A stretch of 64,000 bases of DNA, from positions 95,604,001 through 95,668,000 of the forward strand of contig OX597814.1 in the NCBI GenBank assembly GCA_951406725.2, read 5' to 3'. Numbering within the stretch: the stretch's first letter is position 1; each line of letters begins with the position of its first letter. This stretch comes from Octopus vulgaris. Its lineage: Eukaryota. A program made the position numbers and the translations under genes. This document shows, in pieces, positions 52,554 through 64,000 of the stretch. The notes under the pieces are model-generated. The model made no database searches and had not been told where the DNA came from. It saw only the letters and a list, made by a program, of their open reading frames with translations.

Positions 52554-52810
52554 TACCAACACACAGACAGTGAGTATGCACAACCTAGTGGTTAGTGTTG
52601 CACTCACAAACACAAGATCATGGTTTCAACTTCTGTACCAAGTGGCACATTGTCTTGAGTAAAACATTTCATCTCATGTTACCCTGTGATCACTTTCACA
52701 TCTCACATGCACCTGTATTACATCGATTTGACAGAAGTGGGCTAATGCATAGCACAAACATTCAGTCACCATAAACACAATCCATGTAGGATTTTCAACA
52801 AAAGATAGTG
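52317..52810 (+). mobile_element. Two tandem family A SINE copies (52317-52560 and 52570-52810)
   Basis: Each starts GTGAG.ATGCA...CTA.WGGTTAG (decayed box A) and shares the body of the copy at 1322-1545. Confidence 0.75.
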
Positions 52811-53647
52811 GAACTTCATTTAAATGTGTGTGTGTGTGGAGAGAGAGAGGTACGCACACACAGATATATTTATAAATATACATGTATATACCTTAACTTT
52901 TGTTTTGTCTCACCTCACAAGCTATGGCTAAGCTGGATCATCAATGTTGCTACACTTTTTACTGATCTTCCTCCTTTAGTAGGCATTTGGTGACTGAGGG
53001 AGTTCGAAGTTGCAGCCTTCAGTTGTGTTTCTTGCCATGAAGTAAGCTCGTGGTTCTAGAGGGAGAGGTCTAGTTGCTTCTTGAAAACTTCTCCCACTAC
53101 AATGTGCATGTCTCTTTACATAGGATACTGAAAAGCTATAGGCCTTTGAACCCTAAGCGACTGCATTATCTACTCCTCAAATTGGAAGGCAAGGATGGGA
53201 TACACACAACGTATATATGCGAGGACATATATACATATATATATATACACACATAAATAAATATATATATATATTATACAGTCTCACATCTATTTATACA
53301 TAGATATCAACATCTACAACGGAATGAATGAAAAGGTAAACAATTAGCATCAGTTTAGAGCATGAAATTTATACAACTAAACATAATTGTAGAGGTATTA
53401 CAATAGGGTTGTTAGAATACATTATATCATAGAAACAAGGAAGGTGTGCAGACAGTCTCTTACAGCTGTTTCCAGAATAGATGTACATACAGCATGTTCT
53501 CAGAAGACAGATAAGTTTTCCATATATTAGTGGACTATTCTATCGGAGAAGAATTGACATGTGTCTGTTTGTATCACACACACATATATGTATCTGTTTA
53601 GTGCTGACCATCAGAAACACGAAAAAGTACTTATTTTATTTTGACTG

Positions 53648-53885
53648 ATGGTGGCAAGCTGGTAGAGCCATTAGCATGCCAGGCATAGTGCTTGAGCCAT
53701 TAGCATGCCAGGCATAGTGCTTAAGAGCATTTTAGCCATCTTTACGTGGAGTTCAAATTCCGCCAAGACTTTGTCTTTCATCCTTTCAGGGTCAATAAAA
53801 TAAGTACAACTTGAACACTGGGGGTTGGTTTAATCAACTTTTTCTTCCTTCTAAATTACTGATCTTGTACCAAAATTTGAAATCA
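53648..53885 (+). mobile_element. tRNA-derived SINE (family C) with an internal 28-bp tandem duplication
   Basis: GAGCCATTAGCATGCCAGGCATAGTGCTT occurs twice; box B-like GAGTTCAAATTCC. Confidence 0.75.
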
Positions 53886-54329
53886 ATATTTCATTTTGAT
53901 CAAGCCAGTCTCTTGCTGCTCTGAGTTTTACCTATGGATGCACAGTCTTCAGGAAAGTTACAACAGCATTTGTTTTGTTCCCATTTTGAATGTAACAGAA
54001 CTTTCTTTCTAACCTTGTGTGTGTGTACACATATATACACACACATATATATGTGTTTGTATACATATATACATGAATATATATCTATACACATATAAGT
54101 ACATATATATAAAAATACATATATACATATGTATGTATGTATGTATGTATGTATACCTTACACAAAGTGGCTGGTGTTAGGAATTGCATGCAGTCATAGA
54201 AACCATGCCAAAGCTGATAGTTGAGCTTGACACAGTTTCCTGGTTTGCCACCTACTGTCAAAAACCATCCAACCCATGCCAACATGGAAATAATGTTGAT
54301 GTAAAGATATATTAGGAGTATCAAATCAG

Positions 54330-55260
54330 CATAAAACATAACTATATTTATCCATTGAAATATAATCACCATAGTTAGCAATAACACCTTTCCACTTTGA
54401 AACCAGTTTTCTGATTCCTTGAGCAAAACAAAATCAGGCTCTTTAGAAGAGAGAAATGTGTGGTGTGCCACTCTTCTAAATGTTTTCCACTGGCAAAGTG
54501 TTAACTGACCTGAATAAATGAAAATCTCATGGTACTAGGTCTGGTGAGTAGGTAAAGTGAGGTAGAACTTCCTAGCGTTATGAATTTATCTTTTCTTGAA
54601 TTACCTACATTGTGGCCTTGCATTATTATGTGAAAGGATGATGACTCCTCTCTTGACTAGAAATGGTTTGTTTTTTTGACTCACACATTCAAGTTGTTGA
54701 CAAAGTTCTGCAGTAATGCTTTTCCCTTGCTCCAATAATTCAAGGTGGACATTACTTAATGTGTTCTACTTTGGATGTTGAAACTGGATTTTCATTGCTG
54801 ACTTCAAGGCTTAAGAATAAAGAGCATTACTTCTTATGTTTATTGCTGGCATAGACTATCCATCTCTCATCATTTAATACAATTCAATTAAGAAAAGGTG
54901 TTTGTTCATTCTTCATTTGCAAATTATTGAATGTACTGTTTCATTTTCTATACAATTTCCCAATGTACTTGAGATAATTTTGCACAGTGAATCAAGGTTC
55001 AAACCTCTGGGACAAGTCTCCAAGACTCTGGTGCAGATCTTGAACTGCTGTTTCAATGTGTCACTATTGAAAACAATTGGTTTTTCTGATTGATACTCAT
55101 GTAAAAAAAATATCAAAATCAGTTTTTGAATATGTTAAACCACTTTTAGCATTTCTGAATACTCACACCATCAGAATATACTGTACATTTGTTTTCCCCT
55201 GCAGGTGTTGCAAAAATATGCAATGCTAAATATGCATCATGCTAAAGTCCTTGTATTTCA
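54330..55260 (-). mobile_element. Degraded mariner transposase
   Basis: Reverse strand gives EVLPHFTYSPDLVP, IILSHNNARPQ and a decayed WVPR-like motif. Confidence 0.8.
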
Positions 55261-55374
55261 CAGGCTATCAAATAGAGCATATACAAACAATGTTTGTCCC
55301 CATTAATACTATGCTGATTGGTTGATTATAAGTACATCTTTTATCAACTTGTAACCTATTTGTGATATGACAGA

Positions 55375-55655
55375 CTGGTACATCAGTTATGACGATGAGG
55401 GTTCCAGTCGATCCAATCAATCAAACAGCTTTCTTGTGAAATTAACATGCAAGTAGCTGAGCAGTCCACAAATATGTGTACCTTTAACGTAGTCCTCAGG
55501 GAGATTCAGTGTAACACTTATTGTGTCAAGACTGGCCCTTTGAAATACAGATACTACTCATTTTTGTAAGCCAAGTGGACTGGAGCAATGTGCAATAAAG
55601 TGTCTGGCTCAAGAACACACATGAGCTGAATACCCTAACCACTAAGGCCACATGA
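55375..55655 (-). mobile_element. tRNA-derived SINE
   Basis: Reverse complement head GTGGCCTTAGTGGTTAGGGTATTC followed by TTCTTGAGCCAGACACTTTATT. Confidence 0.7.
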
Positions 55656-55732
55656 CATGACAGACTATTTGCTTGAAAATACATTGCTTTTCAGTACTTC
55701 TATATACCTATCTACCTGTCAATTTATATATA

Positions 55733-55932
55733 CAGAAATCCCTCACCATATCGCAGTTCACCTATTGTGCACTCAGTACATTGTGAATTTTTCTGACTAA
55801 TATATGTAAATTTATATCGCAGACTCCTCAGTATATCCAGATTTCTGCAGCTGTTAGGTATTTATATTTTTTTAAATTTTAATTCTTTCTGTGGGAGGTT
55901 TTGGAATGTAACACCTGCGATAGTTGAGGGAT

Positions 55933-55937
<5 letters not shown>
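55733..55937. mobile_element. Tc1/mariner-pogo-type MITE, ~205 bp
   Basis: TA|CAGAAATCCCTCACCATATCGC ... GCGATAGTTGAGGGATTACTA|TA imperfect TIRs. Confidence 0.8.
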
Positions 55938-55977
<40 letters not shown>

Positions 55978-55984
55978 CCTCTGT

Positions 55985-56480
55985 GGAATGACTAGGGAAT
56001 CTCATTTGAAGCAAAACTTAATGTTTATGAAGCTGCAGTCCTTTCTGCTTTCCTGTGCAGAATGGAATCTTGGGTGTCCTATCAATCACATATCAAATAA
56101 GCTTGATGTCTTTCATAAGCAATGCCTTGGGACCATTTGCAGATACAGCCTGGATAACAGAATTTTTAATATTGACTTAATCTCTAAATGTAAAATAGGT
56201 GGTATTGAGTCCTTTGCATTGTAATCTCAAGATCGATTGATCTTGTTCTCAGAATGAGTGTCAACAGAATTCAAAAATCCCTCATGTATAGCCAGTCCCA
56301 TGATGGAAGAAGTGTAGGAAAACCATGGTTAAGCTAACCTGAAAGTGAGAAAGGCTGCATGGAATCATAATGAACACAGGTGAACTTGCTACAAAACCAT
56401 AATTAACTATGAATTAAGCTGTATGGATCATTTTAAAGAACTGAGAGCAAAGACAAGAGTTGCTTAGTGTAACAATCATT
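55985..56480 (+). mobile_element. Degraded RTE/BovB-like LINE C-terminal fragment
   Basis: HISNKLDVFHKQCLGTICRYSLDNRIFNIDLISKCKIGGIE resembles RTE KL..FH.RCLR.I..I.WQDRV.N.EVL. Confidence 0.65.
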
Positions 56481-57237
56481 CATGGCCCATCTGAAAATTG
56501 TTGGCTTGATTAAAGTCTCATAAGAGACAGACATTAGAATGAAAAAATCAAAAGAAATAAAAGAAAAAAAGACTGATGGACCCTCATTTGTGAAAATCAA
56601 TGTGAAAATCTGCTATATACTTTTAAAAATAGCAACCATACAATCACTACTTTTTGTCTACTGTCAATAACTTCACCAAAAGAAGCGCCTTCATTTGTCA
56701 ACTTAGAATTTGTGTTCCATTATGTCAACACAGTCCTTTATGGTTAATCGAAGAGAAGATGTCTATATTCTTGAGCCTTGAAGTTAGCAATTCAGGAGTC
56801 AACAAAATACTCAAGACAAGTAGCATAAATGGCAGTTGAGACCAAAATTTTTTCAACTCTAAAAATATATAAATGGAAAATATTTACCAAATTTTTAAAA
56901 TGTTGAAACTTTTTTTCTTATAAATCTTGATATAAAAACATTCCAGGAAAACATATTCATATCTAAATACACAAACATACCAATTTGTTGCTGCTACGTA
57001 GCCATAGGTCACTCAAACTCTGATAGAACACATCAATGATTCAAAGTCATTCCAGCCATAACCAGGCCATCTTTTCATTTGGAATAGTATAACCTATCCA
57101 ATATTATACTATGTGTCCTTTCAAAAGATAGTAGTGTATGATTTGAGGAAAATTTGTTCATTCTAAAAGGTTGGGTGATTATGTAGGGGCTCCTCCATTT
57201 GGCCTGACATACACTGTATTGGTAACATGCAGTAACT

Positions 57238-57420
57238 ATCCTTTTAGCATTCAGATTACTGTCAAATGTAATGCTCATTTATTCAGCTTGTTTTGAAATA
57301 ATGATATCTTATTTTGTAGCTTAAAGATTTCAATAATGTGATTGTTTATTCTTAGAGTGACATTGTAGGACAAGGTATAAGATGGATCTAGTCATGTAGA
57401 ATATTTGAGCCTGATATGGA
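57238..57420 (-). mobile_element. Family P MITE, reverse orientation
   Basis: CTTTTAGCATTCAGATTACTGTCAAATGTAATGCT...AATATTTGAGCCTGATATGG is the reverse complement of the neighbouring copy. Confidence 0.75.
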
Positions 57421-57580
57421 TTTGGTAGACAGAAACTGTCAAGTGTTAAAGAAAGCACTTTGACCAATGCTCACTAGCCAGAACTACATCCATGCACAGA
57501 TTTTACACTATAGGAATTAACCTACAGAAATTCAAGCTTACTATCAACTATAAATGAATTAAAAAAGTGTCTATATTTAA

Positions 57581-57798
57581 CCCTTTAAATATTTAAACTG
57601 GCCATATCAGGCCCAAATATTTTACCTGTTTTATGTTCAAACTAGCCAGATCGAGCCTCTCATCCTACCCTACAATTCATTCTAAAAAAATAAAGGACCA
57701 CATCATTGAAATTTCATGGCTAGGAGATAAATGTGCGATTAATAAAAAGCAATGTGAATAAGCATTACATTTGACAGAGTAAACTGAATTCTAAGGGG
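57581..57798 (+). mobile_element. Family P piggyBac-type MITE
   Basis: TTAA|CCCTTTA ... CTAAGGGG|TT termini; about 218 bp. Confidence 0.8.
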
Positions 57799-58859
57799 TT
57801 CGGGAGTTGGTTTTTAAGAAAAGTTCAACATTATAAAGATAAAAGATTTACTAAATCACTCAATGGTGCACTAAGTCTTATATTCTTTGAATTTTCAAAT
57901 GTAGATAAAGTTATTGGCAAGTTTAATCTTCTCAGAGAAGGACAGAGGGAGAAAGAATTAAAAGTGAGAGGAGTTACAGCCTAAAATATTGGGTTTGGGA
58001 AATGCCTGAGAGTTGTTTTCACTGTGATAGCATAGAAAGGAATTCTGCTTATACTGATCTAACATATGCTAGAAGAGGAAACTATTTCTTCCTAGCAACT
58101 CTTATAGAAACTCAGTAGCTGAGCACTTATACGTTTTTAATTAAATATTTGAGTAAACTCAGCATGACATTCTTTGGCCTCCAACTTGCAGTCACAGTCT
58201 ATCTAACAGGTAACTTGAGTTTCTATCTACTCAATTTCATTTTCAAGGCAATTGAAGCAATGGCAAGGAACATGACACTTGCCCAAGATGATGTACAGTG
58301 TGATTAAATGCTGAACTCTGCAAATGGAAAGCTTTTTAATCATTCAGTCATGCATGAATATCTCTCTCCCTATATATAAACATAGAAAGAGATGAGATAC
58401 TTTCCAATAAAACACTGAATTTCACATTTCTGGGAATTATTTGATGTTTTTTCTGTAACAAGTGTGCACGTTATATGTCAAATATATAAAATTTGTTGGC
58501 ATTTTGTGTATCTATTTTTTCCAGGACAAGTCAAGACTGGCTTCTTGAAACCACAAACATCTGGTAAACCATGTATTACAATGGTTAGAGTAATGTGTGT
58601 CTGCCACAATGAAATACCACAACTTGCATACAGTTTCCTTGCTTATAAGAGCACAAGGAATATGTAACATAAGCAGAAGCAATCGTAACCTTCCAGTCCA
58701 TGTAGTTGCATCCTCCACTTAAATATAGGTCTTGCTATATTGGTGTTTGTCTTCACCACACTGGGAGCCCATAACAAGAAGGCACTACATCTTAAAAGGA
58801 GAGGAAAGAAGTACAAAATATAGTCATGCTTGATAGCAAGTCAATAGACACCATATATA

Positions 58860-59300
58860 TCATCATTTAATGTCTGCTTTCCATGCTGGTATGGGCTGAA
58901 TGGTTTGACTGAAAACTGGTAAGCAGATGGGTGGGTGCTGCACCAAGTTCCAATCTGATTTGGCACAATTTCTATGGCTTGATGCCCTTCCTAATGCCAA
59001 CCACTCTGAGAGTGTAGTGAGTGCTTTTTATGTGCCACCAGCATAGGTGCCATTGACCTGACACCGGTATCAGCCATAGCTACAATTTCACTTGGCTTGA
59101 CAGGTCAACACAAGCATAGTATATCACCAAGAGTCTAGGTCACCTGTCACTGCCTCCATGAGGCCCAACACTCGAATGGTGCTTTTTATGTGCCAGTCAG
59201 ATGGCACTGGTGTCAGCCACAACTATGATCTCACTTAGCTTCATGTCACTGACTCCATGAGGCCCAACACGCAAAGGGTACTTTTTACGTGACCCCAGCA
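58860..59300 (-). mobile_element. RTE 3' UTR/tail copy with longer variant repeat units
   Basis: CATCATTTAATGTCTGCTTTCCATGCTGG terminus; TTTTTAYGTG unit anchors at ~59026, ~59183 and ~59283. Confidence 0.82.
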
Positions 59301-59649
59301 CATAACTATATATATAGTTATATGGTGGGGGCACGTAAAATCATATATATAAATCAGCATGAAGACCTCAATGACAAATATTAGTTAAAGGCTGAATGCT
59401 ATTTTTAAAAAATGTAGTGTTCAGGGAAATTATAAATAACCATACTATCTTTGTGCATGATAGAAAATTAGCATTTCTTTTTCAGTTTTTCAGGCTATTC
59501 CTTAATTTTTAAAAATTTTATATTAACTTTGTTAAAGCTATCTTTTCATTATTTGGCACATCTGAAGTAGTACAAACCCTTTCACAACTAAAACGCAACT
59601 TTAAAAAACCCAAAGAGAGAAATATTTTGTATTAATTATTAGCTAAACT

Positions 59650-60900
59650 GAATGTATCCACAAAAGATATAATCAACACATGACTCATTGGACATCACTT
59701 TTCCTACTTAATTTGAAGGAAAGGAGTAGATTAATTTTTTGTAAAATCTATCCCAAAGGACTATAGAGCACACAATAGAGTTCAAGTTATAATTGAGGAT
59801 AGAATGAGTGATGCTAGAACTGATATTTATCATGCTATTTGTGAAGCTTGTTATGTATGATATTTAGAATGCTATTTGTTGCTTAAACTTCTGAAAATCT
59901 TATTTAGTGGAAGGGAAAAGAGCACATCTTACAGAATGCAATATATGAATATATCAATAGATGATTGCACAAGTAATATTTCAAATCTTCTATTAAATCT
60001 TTTAACATTCCCATTTCAAATCACGATCAAGATTTTCATCTTGAAAATAATTATCAGAAGTGACCTAATTCTGAACACCAGAGGAAAATAATATACACTT
60101 CCTTATCTCATGAACAACTTCCAATTGAATATCTCTCATTCATGCCACACAATTTCCTTATAAAAATGAAAAGAAAATGAGAATTATTTTCAAAATCAAA
60201 GACTATTTTGTTTGTGAACAATTGTTTACTGTCTGTAAAGATGAAATTTTCTTGTATTTTTACTCCCACACATTTAACTAAATTGAACTGATTGAGTGCA
60301 TTTATCACTAATTCTTCCAATCTCTGGCTCATTGCCATCCTTAGTATTCTCTTCAACATCAATTAGTACACCAAATTCAACTATTCAACTTGCTTATAGC
60401 ACCAGAATCTCAATGAAGATGCCTCATAGACATGTTCACTGTAACTAGTCAAACCCAATACATCAACTTCCAAACTTTCAAGCTCACAAAAGAACCTTTA
60501 CAAGTCACGCAGTTATTAAAATTAGATATTAAATACCCTAAACTACATTCTATCAACTTATGAACAAATTCAATGATGTATTTCAAGGTAGACTCTGAAG
60601 AAAGCTAAAAGACAAGACAGTCAAAGGTGGACTACTTTTGAACATGAGTTTGCTTGATCTCGGGGATAGAACAACCTCCAAAACTTTGTTCTGAACAGTA
60701 TGAACAGTCCCTATTATCCAAAATAACTCTTCAACATTAATAAATTCCTTCAACCCACTTTCTATGTACAAAAGGATTATCATACCAAAATATAATTATA
60801 GCAATAAAAAATTTACTTATACACCAACAAAATGTTTTAAGGGCAATAAGATGTATTAAAGAGCAACTAGATGGTTTAAGAGCCAAAACTAAATTTTATG
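59650..60900 (-). mobile_element. Very old L1/Tx1-like LINE RT remnant
   Basis: LKRILRMAMSQRLEELV...VKCVGVKIQEN weakly resembles KILAK..A.RL..V...Q.C.V.GR.IQDN. Confidence 0.4.
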
Positions 60901-63900
60901 AAGCTAACACAACTACCAATCATTTTAGAGAATTCAGTCAAGAAAGTTTTCAGATTTGAACAAGCAACTACATACAGCTAAGATTGTTGTGCATTTTAAA
61001 AGATGAAAATGCTCTAAAATGCGGGTAACCAAATTACTTTACACAAAAACAAATCATTACAATACTTCATTCACAATTTCATTATCCAGCTATAATATTT
61101 TCTTACAGAAATACTGTCTTCTATATTAGATATTTCTTTGACTAAATCAAAGTAATTACATTCAGTGTTTAAAATGTTTTTTTCTAAATTTTCCTAATTC
61201 CTAATAAAAAAATTTTCTTTCAAAATATGTAATCAAAAATATAATTGATGAAGAAAAACTCTATATGAAAAAATCAAATAATTAAAGACAACTATCTTCA
61301 AACAATCAACCCAACACAAATGTTGAAAATGCAAGTTACTCGATTTTATTGCTCAAATATAAATGTTATAGATTACAAAAATATATGCCTTCAGAATCTT
61401 GTCTAATAGTTTCTTCTAATAAAAATTAAATCTAAATTAGAAACTATAAGCAGCTAAAATTGATTTGTATATTAACAAAGCAAACCAGAGAATATATTTT
61501 CAGCTATATAATTCAATTATTATTCTTAGAAAAATTAAACTTACTCAATGTGTCCAAACTATATTCAATATGTTAATCTACCAAAATGAGAAACGTGCAC
61601 AACAATCCATACTCAATGAAATGTTACATGATAATTGTGGGTTGGGGTGCTAATTGACAAGGTAATATGCTTGGTCTAGATTATAAATTATAATTTGGAA
61701 TTATGCTGATAATAGGTATTAAGCTATTTAGCCTCCTTTAAACTAAAAGAAAATTATCATTCCACTAAAAATGGAATTTAAGTAAGCTTATTATTCAAAA
61801 ATATAAGCAAAAGAATTTTTTAAATAAAGTCAGTATATTTCAGACACTAGATTAAATTAAACCAAATTACACACACACATCAGGAGAATGTTTTTTCTAA
61901 ACAGACTTCAAAATACCTGTAGAGATTTCTGGAACAGAAATGAAACTATCAATGTTCAACAGTTTAGAAAGTATATCTGATATTTTATTGGCCTTTAACT
62001 TTTATAGATGTTCCTACTAAAAGCACACCTGATGACACACACGCACACACACGTTCTAATTAATTGGCCTTTCATTAAAAAGCATTTGGCAGACTTTAAA
62101 CAAAAGACAGACTTTGAACAAAATCAAAAATTCTGAATTTGTTAATACTGATAGATAGCAGCTCTACACAGTTTATTTATTTATTTAGATCTGAATCAAT
62201 CATTTACAATTATTTCTATGCCGCTTTTAACACTAACCCAAAACAAAACAAAAAAGAAAAAAAATCAATAAGTATTCCTGAAGCTTAAGAGAATATCTGA
62301 TAGCATATCCAGCTTCAATTCAGTCTCTATATTCTTTTGATTAATATTGAATGAATACAAAATCTATTAACCTTATTGAATAACTAGGCCATGAACACAA
62401 GCAATAGTGTAGCAAAATTTAGCAGGTTCCAAGGCCAGAAAAATGTGTTCTTTCCCTCAAATGCTATGCAAGAAGAAAATTGGTAAATTCAAAATTTAGT
62501 GAAGCTGAATTCTAATTATTTTGATGACATTAACAATACAATTTTAGTAAATCAATTTTAAATCTTCTTTGGCAAACAGTCATTAAAAAATACAGAAATC
62601 ACCATTATGAATTATTATAATCTGTACTAAAAGTACCAAAATACCATTTTAATATTGAAACTAATTCTAATGAATTCAACGAATCAAATGTGTGTAGACT
62701 GAGATGCAAATAAGTGAAATTGTATTATTAGATTACAAGAGGATGCTGAAAGCACAAAGGAAGGTTCAAATTATCTCAAGAAATTAAAAATGTAGTCAAG
62801 GATTATACTATTAAGATACTACTTTCTATCTTTCAATTACAATTTGACGGCAATAATTTTTTTTATGAATGATTTATTTCTAACACACCTGTTATAATAT
62901 GTAGTCAACTTTATTTGCATGCTTTGTAGGAAAACTTTTATTTATTTTAGATATATAACTACGTTTATCTGCACACAAAATGGAAAACGATTTTGACACT
63001 TTCATGAAAATGCAACATACAGAAAATTCATCTGCTATTGCCTGAGAGAGAGAGAAAGAGAGAGAGAGATCGTTTTCAAATAACCTTCATAATGGCAAAT
63101 TCAAAGAGAAAATATAGATCAAAGAAAATCATTAGGAAACGTGTTAGTTATGGAGTAAATGTGCTAGGTTTGCTGTTAACTGGAAACGAAACGAAAAAAG
63201 AAATTTTGATTAGATTTGCTTGAGATATAAAAACAAAGAGCACCTAGCATTGAAACTATCTCTTAAGGCAAATAGTATGCTTTCGGTGATCTTTTATACA
63301 CATTTGCCGACGTTGGCACGGTAGTCGACCGAATTAATTGTAACGAACCATGCAGGTCTTTGTTTCGAAGAGTATTTGAAATGTTTAGCTTCATCTTCAC
63401 GTGTATGATTAAGGCATTCATATATTCGGCATAGATTTAGTGAAATTAAAATGGCAGATAATCGAGAGATGTAGGAATAACCGATAATTAAATAATAATA
63501 ATAAAACGAAATTCATGAATACGAGAACATTTTGACAACACAACTCATGGATACAAGATGGTATATAAACATCTAGATATGTAATTCAGATGTAAAATTG
63601 CAATAGCATCTTTTAATTGCTTTATTTATGCATATCCATTCTGCTAAAAAGAAAAACCAGTTCTATAAAATTAATGACTATTAGCCCCTTTGATTGTTCC
63701 CTACTTTAAACAAATATGAACAGAAAGGGAAAACGGGAATAAAAAAAAAGCAAGATATCTTCACTTTTTATCTAATGAGACTCAGTCATCTGCTATATTG
63801 GTCTTTATGAAGAGGGAGAAGCAGAATTGAAGGGGACTAGCCCAACCCTCCTACTGACAGGATTGCTACTACTGCTGAGCTACATACTGCATTACAAACC

Positions 63901-64000
63901 CCCTACAAATAATTATAAGCATGTAAAGATTGTGTCGCTTGCTGATATTTTTAATTCCGAACGGGAACTATCAAGCGAATTTAGTTAAAATCAATAAGAG

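Noticed and set aside
58525-58563. Plus-strand exon-like segment (TTTTTTCCAG...GTAAAC)
   Set aside because: Isolated, with no recognisable peptide or partner exons; expected by chance in AT-rich DNA.
63293-63440. Minus-strand frame ...CRIYECLNHTREDEAK... as KDM6A exon 3
   Set aside because: Similarity to AVRCYESLI is limited to a few residues, the QLGHFNLLLEDY motif is absent and no fitting splice sites were found.

Overview
This is AT-rich, CpG-depleted, microsatellite-dense animal genomic DNA. The repeat families (RTE tails ending ...GGACGTTAAATGATGATG and several tRNA-derived SINEs) resemble those I recall from Octopus/coleoid cephalopods; that assignment is an inference. The window lies inside a minus-strand KDM6A/UTX (H3K27 demethylase) gene. 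Six TPR-region coding exons (121, 55, 35, 94, 127 and 99 bp; 214-16647) have canonical GT-AG borders and splice in frame. No further convincing exon was found in the 47 kb upstream, so the rest appears to be one very large intron. The introns contain a full-length decayed Tigger, several mariner/Tc1/pogo and Chapaev3-like relics, three piggyBac-type non-autonomous families, a non-autonomous Helitron, RTE LINEs, SINEs and two 5S rRNA-derived copies. The most unusual signals are (i) degenerate minimal hammerhead-ribozyme motifs near inverted junctions, including one in a tRNA-headed SINE, (ii) a ~195-bp fold-back that would form long dsRNA in the pre-mRNA, (iii) a variable hairpin-repeat array in the RTE 3' UTR, and (iv) a phase-compatible candidate alternative exon. 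All alignments were done by eye; family names come from recalled motifs, not database searches.
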